From contig CM052817.1 of assembly GCA_028534125.1 (NCBI GenBank), positions 65,722,001 through 65,786,000 on the forward strand: a stretch of DNA of 64,000 nucleotides, given 5' to 3'. Both the position numbers and the translations under genes were made by a program. Within the stretch, counting starts at the first letter, position 1, and every line of letters starts with the position of its first letter. This document shows, piece after piece, positions 12,800-25,714 of the stretch. The stretch is from Lama glama. Its lineage: Eukaryota. The notes under the pieces are model-generated. The model ran no database searches. It saw only the letters and a list, made by a program, of their open reading frames with translations, and was not told the DNA's origin.

Positions 12800-13445
12800 G
12801 TTCGTTTACTTACTCGCCTTTGTTCCCATGTGGCCTGTCTCTGAAGCTCTCTCTTTCCCTCCATTTTCCCCAACCAGTTACCAGCACATTTGCCTCTAGC
12901 TCAGTAGTTCTCAACTTGGGCCAGTTTTCTCCCCCAGAAAACACGTGGCAGTGTCTTGGGGAAAGGTACTACCAGCATGTAGTGGATGGGCCCGAGTGCT
13001 GCTAAACAGCTCACCAGGCACGTGCCAGTCCTCTACCACAAAAGATTGCCCAGTCCAAAATGCTAATAGGGTCGAGGCTGGGAGACCTGCAATCTCACCA
13101 GTCTCCATTCTTCAAGTCTCAGTTCAAATCTTACTTCCTCTGAAAACCTGCCTGCCCTGTACTCCTCCCTGGATACGCAGGGTTAGCTCTCCCTACACTT
13201 TTCCCTTTTAGTCCTTGGTATAGTGTTCCTTCTTTGAGGTTTCCAAACTGTAGCAAAATTGCCTTGATGTATGTCCTTTTCCCCAACTGGCTGGAAGCTA
13301 CTACTGAGCAGGGAGGGGGTCCTTTTTCATCCAAGTAGGACCAGCACCCAGACTAGTGTCTGGCTTGTCGTAAGTTGGGCTTGTTTGTGGGGTTTTTTTG
13401 GTTTTTTTGTTTTGTTTTTCTCAGTGTTTGACTGATTGAATGAAA
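12800..13445 (+). mobile_element. L2 3' region, interrupted by MER20
   Basis: CATTCTTCAAGTCTCAGTTCAAATCTTACTTCCTCTGAAAACCT...CAGCACCCAGACTAGTGTCTGGC...GACTGATTGAATGAA tail. Confidence 0.65.
12902..13089. mobile_element. MER20 hAT-Charlie MITE
   Basis: CAGTAGTTCTCAACTTGGG...GCTGCTAAACA...CCCAGTCCAAAATGCTAATAGGGTCGAGGCTGGGAGACCTG. Confidence 0.85.
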
Positions 13446-13694
13446 AAGGAATAATCTTATTTTAAGTTTTATGCCTTTGTTTTCCTGCTAATTATCTGGC
13501 AGCACTAGAGACATCTTGCTGATCCTCTTGAGAATCTTTAAATATAGAGTAAGTGGTCCTTATCTTCTTACATTTCATTATGCCTGTGTTCCTGAGTGTC
13601 TCAGCACCTTTGATGATAATCTTTGGATGGTGATAACAGTACATTTAATGCTAACAGTAGCCCATCTTTTACCGCTAATAACTTGCATACGAAT

Positions 13695-14163
13695 TATTAT
13701 TATTTTTTATTGAAGTATAGCCAGTTCAATGTTGTGCTAATTTCTGGTATACAGCATAGTGATTTGGTTTGTTCATATTCTTTTCCTTTATAGGCCATTA
13801 TAAGGTACTGAATATAGTTTCCTGTACGATACAGTAGGACCTTGTTGTTTATCTATTATATATATAGTAGTTAGTATCTGTAAATTCCAAACTCCCAATT
13901 TATCTCTCTATCCTCCACTTTCCCCTAGTAACCATAAGTTTGTTTTCTATGTCTGTGAGTCTGTTTCTGTTTTGTAAATAAGCTCATTTGTGTCATTCTT
14001 TTATATTCCACATATAAGTGGTATCATATGGTATTTTTCTTTCTCTTTCTGGCTTTCTTCACTTAGTACGACAATCTCCAGGTCCAACCGTGCTGCTGCA
14101 AATGGCATTATTTCATTCTTTTTCATGGCTGAGTAGTATTCCATTATATACATTATATACCAC
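13695..14163 (-). mobile_element. 5'-truncated lineage-specific L1 3' end (cetartiodactyl/camelid type)
   Basis: TTTTTATTGAAGTATAGCCAGTTCAATGTTGTGCTAATTTCTGGTATACAGCATAGTGATT...GTGCTGCTGCAAATGGCATTATTTCATTCTTTTTCATGGCTGAGTAGTATTCCATT. Confidence 0.9.
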
Positions 14164-14184
14164 ATGCAACACAATTATTTTCTA

Positions 14185-14430
14185 TTTAAGAGGACAGTCA
14201 CTGAAGTCACATTGCCTGTGTTCAAATCTGGGATCTGCCACCCACCACCTATGTGACCTTGAATAAATTATTTAAAATCTCTGTGCCTCAATTTTATGTA
14301 TGAAAAATAGGAAGTAATTATAGTGCAAAACTTGTAAATGTATGATGATTAACTGAGTTAATATTTTTTAAATACTTAGGACAGTACCTGGCATCTAACA
14401 AGTACTATGTAAGTGGTTGTTCAACATAAC
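14185..14430 (+). mobile_element. MIR SINE
   Basis: Core GTTCAAATCTGGGATCTGCCACC...ATGTGACCTTGAATAAATTATTTAAAATCTCTGTGCCTCAATT...CAGTACCTGGCA. Confidence 0.85.
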
Positions 14431-15448
14431 TGGAATGACAATCTGGTATCAAAGCCCCATTGCATGCCATGAATGCATCAAGTGAGGTAAAATACAGCTC
14501 ATTGTAACATGTTACTCTGCTCTATTACATTCCTGAAGAGAAATGAATGGAACCATGTTAAAAGACAGGAACATTCACAATTCATCCACTATATGTCCTG
14601 GTCAGACCAAAATAACCCTCCAGAACTCATCAAGGTTTTTTGTGGGCAGGTGATGGAGTGTCTTATCATCTTGGCACAGATACAAAAACCACTGATCATC
14701 CATGGTTGCCACTACTGTTGCATTCTAATCTTTCTTCTTCAAACAGTGGCATTTTAATCATTCTGCCCATAGCAACTAATGTCATTTAAATTAGCATTAA
14801 AAATTCATTCTTTTGGTTTATCCTTCCTGAATCAAGCTAATTAACTATCAGCTGAGAGCCCTTTAAATTATAATCTGAGTATGTTACATTTTCTAATTTA
14901 TAATGCCTCATCTAGGCAAATTGAAAACACAAAAAGGAGTGAATTAATTAATGTTAATTAAAGAGTACAGCATGGAATGGATGCCAGGTCAATCTTTGGA
15001 GAGTGCATGGACAGTCACTGTTGGGACTGAACTAACCCTTTGAAGCATATAGCTCTAACAAAGGACTTTGTTTTGCTATGATGGCTTTGTAGAGAGTGGG
15101 AAAAGGAAGCCAGAGATAAGACTAGAAGCAGACCTGAAAACAGATAGCATATACCTGTACAATACATATATTATATATGTAATATTACATGTTCTCAGTA
15201 ATAAGAAACCATATAACTAAATCAGCCTCTGATGTTTTTTACATTTTTCTAAAAATTTCCTTTTATATTTTTAATTAGCAAATATTTTCTGAATGCCTCT
15301 GACATACGTTTCATTATATTCATCAAAAATGAATTTCAGATCTGATTATCTTTTTTGTTGAGCCATTAAATTATGTCCCCTCATCTACCCCATCTTTTTG
15401 TGCTTGCCTTGAACAATACCACTATTGCCACCTATAGGTCAAAATGCC

Positions 15449-15484
<36 letters not shown>

Positions 15485-15495
15485 TTTTTTCTTTT
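15449..15495. repeat. (TTTTC)n / poly-T tract
   Basis: Directly visible. Confidence 0.9.
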
Positions 15496-17079
15496 GGTTT
15501 GTTCCTCAAGACCAAGATAAGGAAGAACTGAAAACCCTTGGAGCCTGGATCATTCTGGATAACTGAGTTGACAGCTTCTTAGGATCCAGGCTTTTACCCA
15601 CCATTTTTCTTTTTTAAAAAATTAGTTTTGGACATAAAACTTTTTCAAAAATATTATTTCAGCTACTGCATTGAAAATAATTAACATTTTTTGGTGACTA
15701 AGATTTATGATCAGTATGAATTATTTTACTTGCTTATTTGGCCCTAGGAAAACCCATCCCAGACTACTGCATTTTTTGGCATTTCACATTCAGTCACTTG
15801 TCTGGACCACTCATTCACTTTTCACTGCTCTCAATATGTATTCCTCTTTGGCAACGTGCATTCTTTCATATGTTGCTCCTAGTTCTGTAACTAGAAACCA
15901 AACAACTACCCTAGTTAGTGTTGTTTGCAAAATAAGGGTAATTTGGAAGTGAGTTAGCGACTAAAGAATTCATAAATGTTATTTTAGGGGTTCTGTGACT
16001 CTGCTTTTGACTCCTTAGATAAATTTTTGTAACTTGTTTCCTGATGCACAACTGTATTCCTAATAGGTGAGATTACCAAGTAAGAGTTCTGGATAGGTGG
16101 CTCATTAATTTTAACTATTTCTAAGACATTATCTCTAAGACTTCTTCCATTATTTAACTTTATGTCCATGTGTGATCATTCTTTATACTTGAAATAAAGT
16201 GTCAATTTTTAATTAAAAAATTTTTATGATATTAAAAATACTTGAAAACCTGTTATCGTCCCTAAGACTTCCAGCTTCAGTATGCCATGTAACAGTTACT
16301 AAAAATGTTATATTTTCCTCCAAAAAACCATAATGTTAATGAATTTTAATCAACCAGGTAGCATACAAAACATTATTTACTAATTTTTAATTCATTGTCC
16401 TCATAGATAAGTCATACCTGGCAATCTTTTAAAAACTAAATCCCTGTCAAACTTTAAACTTGGAAGTACCCATGTTCAGGTGGTTTGTGTAAAGCCTTGG
16501 ACAATACTTCAGCACTTCAAAGAAATTTGAAGTCGACTTTATAATCTGTTTTCTACTATAGACTTCAACATTCATCAACAGCAATGTAACATAACTTTTC
16601 TGGGGGAAAAAAAGAGCTCCAGTTAGACATACATGATCTTTAATTTGGAAAAGTTGCTCATTGTATTTCTATATTAAATATCTGATCTTTATTATTTTTG
16701 AAATGAATATTAGATAAGCAATCCACAAATAAAGAGAAATTAGTTAAAATAAAGAGGTGCTCAGAAAGTATCTCATCTAGTCCATCTTGAAAAGACCACT
16801 AGACAAACAGTGCTGCTCTATATACTCTGTGAAGAAAAAAATCCCAGAGTATTAGAGATTTCACTGAATTTGGGAAATACCTCATATTATAACTCCTTCT
16901 AAGATATTCAAAATTCACTTTATAGTATTAAATACTAACAATCACACAATGAAGAAATATATGCCACTTTGACTTAAATTTCCCAAGTTTATTAGACCTT
17001 GGAATCCTTTCCTCTCCAAATGCCTTTTAACATCCTACTGAACCACTATATTGGGGCACATATTCTGGTCACCACTGGG

Positions 17080-17467
17080 CTGCTCGCAAATATTTGCTTC
17101 TCCCCTTTTTCGAGGCCATGATAGGTTTGCACTTTTTCTTTCAAAGTTTGAAATTACAAAATCACCTGTATTTGTTCAGATAAATATAGCAGTCATGACG
17201 TGTGTCAGTTCTGGGCAGAGCTATAAGGGCCACTGTGCAATCTGCCACATTCCCCTTTCCTTTTCCTGCAAAAGGAAACTAAATGTATTTTGTCAAGGTG
17301 GAACATGGGCCAGCCTGGGTCAAGAATGACTATAAGCCCCCTGTTACCTACTGGAGGTGAAGAGTAGAGCAAGGATTAATCTTTTGTTGGGTTTTAAGCC
17401 TCTGAGGTCTGAGAGACCTGAGGGCTATTTGTTATGGCTGCATAACTTAGCTTATTCTGAATGATAC
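17080..17467 (+). mobile_element. MLT1I/J-like MaLR LTR
   Basis: 3' end TTTTAAGCCTCTGAGGT...GCTATTTGTTATGGCTGCATAACTTAGCTTATTCTGAATGATAC. Confidence 0.65.
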
Positions 17468-18454
17468 TCTGGACTGTTCAGCAAAAAACTCTGAAGTATC
17501 CAAAGATTTATGATTCCCAAAATGAATCATAGCTCCAGAAATAAATTTTAATGAAGTTCTATAGCAGTTTTGGCTTCTCTAGAAATCTTAGATATTTCAC
17601 TAAAGGAAAGTGGACACATTAAGAATGTTCACTTGGTGAAATTATGATCTAACCAGAGGACCACAGTTCATGGTTGGAATGCAATCTCTGAAACTGTTGC
17701 AGGTACACAACTACAACAGAGTTTAGTAATTATCTACTCTCTTGGCTCACCTCCCCAATAGCATTTTTTTCTGCACACTATTTCCACCAAAGCAATTTCA
17801 TATTGTTCCTACTACTCTCATAGGATTAAAAATAATAATAATAAAAAATTTCTACACTATGAGTCAACCTATGAACTTGATGAAAAGGCTGACTTAACAT
17901 TGTTATTGTTTTTCCTGAAATAGCTTTCCCCATTTGTTTTCTGGACAATAATAAAAAATACTAAATCTAAAAAAAAATACTAAATCTAAAAAAAAAATCC
18001 CAGAGGGGAATTCAAATTTCTCTCCTGAATAAACTAGAAGTAAAAGGACTTTTAAAATTTTAGACTGAAGAAGGGACAATTGATGTTATTTGTGAGGGGG
18101 ACATAAAACAGCTACTTTTTCCTGCTAGGAATCAGGTTTCTAAATAAAGAAAACTTCACAGCATCAGTTTGCTTACGTTTGGTACTGACCTTTTCTAAAA
18201 CCATTAGGAGAAAACTCAATATGAAATAATCTTTCAGTTGTCAAAAACACACATCTGTGGACTTTCTAAGCCACCCTAGTCTTTAGTGCTTGTACTTTTT
18301 TCCCTCAGAAACCTGCAAAAACTAAACCACTGACATAGTTTAGATCTAACTAAAAATAATAAGAGCTTATTTTCTGCTAAAGTAGTAACATGTTCCCTTG
18401 ATTTGTTCAGCTTCTCAGTAGAAGCATTAATTCCTTAATCTTTTAGAATTTCCT

Positions 18455-19220
18455 CATTCCTTCATTTAATCATCACTGACTAGTGAGTGTCCACTATGGA
18501 CTAGCCATTGAACATCACACAAAAATGTAGTCAACACATCTTCTCTGCCCTTAAAGCAATTCAGAATCATGAACTATACTTTCCAATACAGTAACCACTA
18601 AATGTATAATTGTTTAAATTAATTAAAATAAAAATTTAACTAGTCACATGAAAACCTATTTTAAGCGTTCAGTAATCACATGTGGTTAGTGGTTACCACA
18701 TTGGACATTGCAGGTGTAAAACATTTCCATCATCACACAAGGTTCGATGGAACAGTGTGGATGTAGAACATTAGCATCATTGTAGAAAGTTTTACTAGAT
18801 AGCAGAGGTGCTAGATAATAAAACTGACATGTTTGTAAATAACAATAGAGTTATGACAGTCTATGACAGTAAGGAGCCCACAGTGTCAGTGATATACAAC
18901 TTTGCTTGGTGAAATTAGAGGAATATAAAGAAGATTAAGCAGAAGATGGCCAGGAGGGAAAGGATGTTCACTCGAGATAGATTATGTCAACATGTGCCAA
19001 GGCTCAGGTGCTTGACATAATGCGTATTTTGGAACAAGGAGGAAACAGTATCACTAGAATGGAGCATGGATTCAAGGGTGTGGTATGAGACGAAGCTGTA
19101 AGCCTTATCTGGGGTCGGACTTAAAGGGTTTGTGGGCCATATTAAAAGTTATTAACCTGAATATCAAGGAAAGCCAAAACATATCTTAATCAGAGCTGTA
19201 ACATGGTCATACACTTTTTA
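18455..19220 (-). mobile_element. L2 fragment, interrupted by MER3
   Basis: CATTCCTTCATTTAATCATCACTGACTAGTGAGTGTCCACTATG followed by a purine-rich L2 body. Confidence 0.55.
18575..18811. mobile_element. MER3-like MITE with duplicated terminal unit
   Basis: CACATGTGGTTAGTGGTTACCACATTGGACA, then two copies of the AACATTTCCATCAT...AAGTT unit. Confidence 0.75.
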
Positions 19221-20104
19221 GAAATAAAATTCAAAATCTGCTAATGATAGATTAGTAAACAAAGGCAAACTTCTGAATCAAATAAATGGGAATGACAGAA
19301 AAGAGAAGATCAAATAAAACCAAAACAAAATGTTGGATTTTTAAAGACTATATATAATCTTGTGAATTAAAACAGAAAAAATAAACAGAAAAAAAATCAG
19401 AGAGCATGGCTGAAACCAGTGGTTTATAAGGTGTCATATTTGTAAGTGCTCTAAATCAGATAAGGACCAGACCTAGATTTACTTCTTGAAACTCAGACTG
19501 GTAAAACAAATCATACCATCTCTTGCATATATGAGTAGATTTGAAATACTCATAATATTACCCAGAAAATCAATAGCCAGAACAAATGGAGTAATACCTT
19601 AGGATTTCTAGGCAAAATAACTGTCAACTTAGAATTATAAAAGTATCTATTCTGTCACTTAAAAATCAAGGCAGTACAAATCAGGTGTTACTTACTCAGC
19701 TCATGGGCAGATGAAGAACACAACTAACTTCAAGAATTAATGTGAACTATAGGACACACTAATCAATACTTTGAATATACTTGCAGCCCTGGGTTTTTCC
19801 CAGAGCTATGGTTAAAAAAAAAAAAGGAAAATAAAGATATTTTTAGATATTAAGATAAATCAAGAGATTTTACCACCCACAGTCCCTTATTAAAAAATTA
19901 ATTAAGGGATGTACTTAAGCAAAAAGAAAAGTTGAACCCAGAGGGAAATTATGAGATACAAGAAAGAATGCTGTCCATGGAAATTTAAAAATAGGTTAGT
20001 AAGATTAACTATTAACTGGAAAAAAATGTAAAAAAAAAAAATCTGGAAAAACTTATTTTATTAACTACAAAAAATATCCAGTATTTCATGTTAAAAATAA
20101 AATT

Positions 20105-20860
20105 AAGCACTTCCAGTTTGCAGTCTGGCCTGTAAAGAGCTTGGAAGTCATCATGCCATCCTTACAACATGTAAAAACTGAACGAACTGAAAATCAACAA
20201 ATTTTCTTAGATCCATCAGAAAACTGAGGTCACAGGGCAAACCACTGCACCAAAAGTTGAAGAAACAGACATGCATAAACAAAGAATCAAAACTTATTGT
20301 TGCAGAAACCCAAGAGCATCAACATATACCAGAACTAGTGCTGTGGTAGAAAAACCTAAACTGCAAATTGGAGAATTCTACCAAACATTTAAAGAAGAAA
20401 TTATACCAATTTTCTACAATCTCTTGCAGAACATAGAAGCAGAGGGAATGTTACCTGACTCATTCTATGAGGCTAGCATTACTCTAATACCAAAATTGAC
20501 AAAGACATTATGAGAGAAGAAAAACCACAGATCAATCTCTCTCACAAACACAGATGTAAAAATTCTCAACAAAATATTATTAAATCTAATCCAACAATGC
20601 ATAAAAACATTACACACAAAGACCAAGTAGGGTTTATTCCAAGTATGTAACATTTGGAATATGATTCAACATTTGAAAACCAATTAATATAATCCATAAC
20701 AACAGCAAGCCAAAGAAAAAAAAATCCCATGATCACTTCAACAGCTGCGAAAAGAAACAATTAAAAAAAACCAGCGCCCATTCATGATTAAAAAAAAAAA
20801 AAATCTCAACAAACCAGGCATAGAGGGGAATGTCCTCAATTTGATAAAGAAAATCTAAAA
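20105..20860 (+). mobile_element. L1 (L1MC/MD-like) 5' end joined to an ORF2 segment
   Basis: 5'-end-like ACTTCCAGTTTGCAGTCTGGCCTGTAAAGAGCTTGGAAGTC. From about 20370 it encodes the ORF2 peptide [42 protein letters not shown]. Confidence 0.8.
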
Positions 20861-20869
20861 AACAGCATA

Positions 20870-21780
20870 CTAATGAAGTACTATCGAAAATCCAGGAATA
20901 AATCCACATGAATAAGACAATCTGATATGTGTAAAAAAAGGCATTAAACTAATAAGGAATGGATAGGCTATTTAATAAATGGTGCTAGGACAACTGATTG
21001 TCCATGTGAAAATTCAAATAAAATTAGATTATTACACAATATTTTAAAATTAATGCTAGTGTCCTTGTGAATTTACAGTAAGACAAGTAAATTTCTTTAG
21101 ACACAAAAGTACAAATTCCAGAATTAAAGACTAATAAAGCTAATCACATTAAAATGATAAACACCATGAAACAGATGCTTTCATAAACAAAGTTAAAAGA
21201 TAAACCACAGACTGAGAAAAGACACTTGCAATGCATGTAACTGGCAAAAGATGAGAATTTCTACAAATCCTACAAAGCAAAGAACTCCTACAAATCGCTA
21301 ATCTGATAAGAAAAAATGGCAAAGGATTTAAATAGGCTCTTTACAGACAATAAAGCCCTAATTTCCAATAAATATGCACAATGATTCTCAATTTAGCCTC
21401 AACAGCAATCAAAGATTTGCAAATATAACACTGGCAAAAGTTTTCAAGTGAGACCATGCTGAGATATTGGTGAATATCTGAAGAAATAAATTTGTCCAGG
21501 CATGTAGGAGAATAAATTCACTAAATTTATTGCAAATGTTCTTACCTACAGTCCAGCAAGATCATTTCCGAGTATATGTCCTTGAGAAACTCTTATACAT
21601 GTGCACAAGGAGATACGTGTAACAATGTCCATTATGAGATTATCTATATAATAGCACTTCTTAAAACAATGTAAATGTCCATCATGGTAGATAATATATT
21701 GTGGTACATTCATAGAATGGTATACAAGAGAATTCTATATGTCCAATCAGCAGAGTGAATGTTAGGAGTCAAAAAAAATA
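20870..21780 (+). mobile_element. Old L1ME-type ORF2 end / 3' region
   Basis: TATTTAATAAATGGTGCTAGGACAACTG; GAGAAACTCTTATACATGTGCACAAGGAGATACGT; AAATGTCCATCA...TTGTGGTACATTCATAGAATGG. Confidence 0.75.
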
Positions 21781-22265
21781 CATAGAACTGTCTCCTGGTA
21801 GCTACAACTGAGATAGCAAATAAGGTATCAATAGTAAGTCAGTAAACCCTCAGACTTGCTGATCACATCTGCACTTGTGGTATTTGAAAAGTGCTCTTCC
21901 AAGGGCACCTGTCAACATGTCAGAAAGAATAAAGCAAATGTCAGTTCAGCATTTCTGGATCTCTGGCATAAACACACCAGCTTAATGTATGATTGCTAAT
22001 TAAAAGAGTTGAGTTCTTGCATTGCTTTTTTAAACTTTGACTTTGTTTTTTAAAGTGCCAACTTGTTAGGGTCCCTTATACCACCAAACATCCTCTTTCT
22101 TAATACAATTAAGCATAGACAATATATCTCCTATTCATTGAATAATTGCCCTGTAAGACTCTGTTGGGCTCTGTCTATTCTAATATTGGAATAAGGAAGT
22201 GTACTCATGAAGAAATAAAGACTTTATTAACTTGTAGCCATTTCTTTGCCTGGGAGAGGACTTAC

Positions 22266-22371
22266 ATCACACAACTGACTTGCATTCATTCTTAAGTTTA
22301 GACGCCGATAAACTTTTATTTTTGTGACTCAAAGCAAACAGCTTGTTTTCCTTCCATTGGGAATAAATCTT
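22266..22371 (-). other. Candidate non-coding exon (106 nt)
   Basis: Minus-strand acceptor ggtatatttttaag|AAG and donor GAT|gtaagt. Stops in all frames. Confidence 0.2.
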
Positions 22372-22498
22372 CTTAAAAATATACCAAAGAATAGTAACTA
22401 CAAATTTTTATAGAGTTATTCCCTTCTCTTTCTCTCCCCCTACCCGCCCCCATCTTTGTACTGCCAACCTTCTGTTACAACTTTGTTAAATTAGCATT

Positions 22499-22975
22499 TG
22501 TTGAGTGGAGCACAGAGTGCCACATGGTGACCCAGTGTTCAACAACAGGCTACAAGAGAAATTAAAATAATTGAAGCAGAGAAGTTTGTTAATCACAGGT
22601 CCTGGAGGAAGTACACTGTACACCACACAGGAAAATCAAGGCAGAGTACATATAAAGAGAGGCAGGACTTGGAAAACCAGCCTATTAGGGTCCATGGGTG
22701 GAGTGTTTTGGGGTTCCCAGGCTAGGGCCAGATGGCCGAATTTAACTCAAAAGAGTAGGGTTTGGGTAAGCCACAAAAGAGTAGGGCCTTTCTAAGGGGC
22801 CCATGAGGCATACAGACAAGGGGAGGCAGTGGAAACTATTGATCACAAGGGCTGCTGGGGGAGTCTTATCAGGAACTTACAACTGCTTGTGACTCTGTGA
22901 ACTGTCATCAAGGGCATGTACTTGCATGAGAGGCTAGGGTCAGTTTAAAGTCCCTGCAGGCAAGAACCAGCCATA
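22499..22975 (-). mobile_element. ERVL-class LTR (MER54/MER74-like)
   Basis: GC-richer block starting TGTTGAGTGG..., with TTTGTTAATCACAGGTCCTGGAGG and CCTATTAGGGTCCATGGGTGGAGTGTTTTGGGGTTCCCAGGCTA. Family from recall. Confidence 0.5.
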
Positions 22976-23379
22976 CTGCTCCAACCTAACTATAATGGCC
23001 TTTCTATATGTCCAAAAAGAGGAAGAAGGATTGGTGAGCATTTAACAAGTCTCTGAGACCCTATCTTCTGATGAGACCAATAAGAAATTTTCTACTTAAT
23101 GGTACATGCAGTAAAAGTTCCTGATAGATTGGTCAGAAGTCTTCTCACTGTTTCTACCCAATAAAAATCTGCAAGCTCAGCTGGGTTAAATCTAAGACTA
23201 CCTGTATCTAGCAGTTGCCCGAAGGTTCAGCACACCCAGAAGTCTGAAACCAATCCTGTTTCCTCTCAAGTTAATTTTAGAAATCCAGGTCACTAGGTAC
23301 CAGCATGAAGTTAAGAAGTTAAGTGTTTTCTTATTGTAGCTGTGATCCTGTGCCTGTGTAAAATGGTGGGCCTCGGAGA

Positions 23380-23600
23380 TAGACTGCCTGGTTGGCATTC
23401 TGGATTGCTTCCTGTGCACTTTGGCCAAGTTACCTGCTTTTCCTTATCTTATTTTATCTTTCCTTATCTTAGCATCCTTATTAAAATTGGGATGATATGT
23501 TATCTCCCTAGAAGACTGTGAGAAATAAATTTGAAAATCTTTGAAAAGCACTTAGCACAGCATCTATTTCTTGAGCCACAGTTATTATCATTACCATCAA
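23380..23600 (+). mobile_element. MIR fragment
   Basis: ACTTTGGCCAAGTTACCT...TAAAATTGGGATGAT...TGAAAAGCACTTAGCACAG. Confidence 0.7.
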
Positions 23601-25714
23601 TATTTGCCAATGTTTGATTACACAATAATTGGGTCCTTTTCCTATTTCCCCCAAATCTGAATGGCTGTCCATATTGATCCCTGGGTATGTCCAGGGAAAG
23701 GCACTCTCTACCTTCGGGAGTGGGGACAGGTCAGGGAGACAGTTCAGAGAGTGAGACTATGAGAGAAATTGTAAGTGAGTAGGGCCCCGAAAATGAGAAA
23801 TCATGAGTTCTCTAGGCCAAAGGTCAGTGAACAAGACTGAGTTATTAAATCAACTATACATCAATCTAAAACAATAAAAAGTGACTCAAGAGAAGATAGT
23901 CCAGCACTAAGTTGAATATTCTGTTAAGATTCCAGTATCCAAAAACTCACTACTGAGACTAGGTGGTTGAGGATTGCACAGCATCAAGAGAAAGGCAATC
24001 TGCGGCCAAGTTGGGTCAATACCCAAAGATGTACAGGCATCATGACCCTGTTGCAGTAGTCTGAGTGGGCAGAAACAAACAAAGGGGGAGAGTGGCTGGT
24101 AAGATGGACAACAACAAAAGAAACAAAATACTTGTACAAGATTAGAAACAGTTTTGCTGAGGCTGCCTTTCATTCATATTTGATGTGCTACACTGGCCTT
24201 AGTCTGCCATTCCATTTCTCCATGAATGAGGGCCTGTCTTGTTCTGATAAGTAATCTTGCCTCTCCACCTCAGTCTCTGAGACTACCTGCCTCTACAATT
24301 GCCCCATCTCCCTGGTGTGCATTACATCTGGACCTCAAATTGTTCCCATTCTAGATCCATCACCTCTGGTGCCAATCATCCACTGGCTCACCTATTTGAT
24401 TATGTACCAAAATTTATTTTTAACACCTACTTTTTGACCCTTGAAAATTCTGTTGGTTTATCATATCAGATCCTAGACTTTCAGGGTCTAGTTAGTCCTA
24501 CTACAGTTCAAGTCCTGATCCTGCCTTATGCTCATATTTGGGAAATTCTCTCTCTGAGGAAGACACATCACATTAAATTAAGGTTACATCAAGAACTTAG
24601 TCAATCAACAGGAAAATTTTTCTTTTATGGAAGTTTACTAGTTTTTTTTATGTATTGAAGTTTCTTTTAAATTCTCAAGCATCTTCAAAAATAAATATTA
24701 GCATTTCTTTATTAAACAAGTCTTCACATTAAGTAATTGTTTTTATATTTTGCATCAGTAGGTTTCAAACTAGTTCTGGGTTCTCTGTATAATCATTTCC
24801 CATGTTCATTGTCTATATCCCAAGCAGAAGCTGTTTTCTCTCAAGCAGCCTGGTAATGTGCCATTTGAAAGGAAATATTGCTATTTGAAGCACTATGAGC
24901 AACTGCACTTGGTTTTAAAGAGCTCCCTCTACACATTTCTAACAAGATTCACAGAGAGAATAATGTTTGCCCCTTGTCTCCAGGTTAAAACAAGATTTAT
25001 TTCCTTTGGCGGTGTGGGGGACAAGGAGAGGGACTAGGCTCAGCAAGTTCCTTCTTTGAGTAATACTTTCTTAATCAAGATTTCTAATCCTATTTCCCCT
25101 TTGGAGTAGTTCACTAAATATTTTAATCTTCCTAATTACAAATTAGACAAACTGTTTTGGTAAAAGATACCTGTGCCTTTGCACATAACATATCTTGCTT
25201 TTTCCATTCACAACACTGCTTATAAGATTTGAATCTCCCTTCTTGTTACAGTTTTGCAGCCTCTAACATTAGAGTAAACTGCATTTTCAGGATAATAAGT
25301 AGAGATCAGGCCAAAGATATATTCCCAGTTGAATTTATATTGCACTGAAGGTCAGTGAAATGCAGAAGAAACTTATGAGTTTTTAGAAATGAGCATAATT
25401 AATAACCAAATTAATTAATGTTTCTTGGCTCAGACTTTTGATGCCATGATTTTACTGTTGGGACACAATGCATTTTTTTTAATTATAATTTTTATTTAGG
25501 AGTTGAATATATAGAATTCTTAGCCTTGACACTAAATTAACATTTATTTTAGGCTTCAGTATAGAGTTGTTATTCTCTAAAACCAAAGAACTATATTAAT
25601 TTTTTATTAAAGCTAAGTCTCTAACTTACTCCATTAGTAGAAAAAAGTGCCATGTGTGCATTTCAATTTTAATTAGTATCATTTCCCTTAAATAAATTAA
25701 TTTTACTTATGCAT

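Noticed and set aside
15984..16169. 61-aa minus-strand ORF MDIKLNNGRSLRDNVLEIV... as a coding exon
   Set aside because: In-frame stop just upstream, no convincing donor, no recognised homolog.
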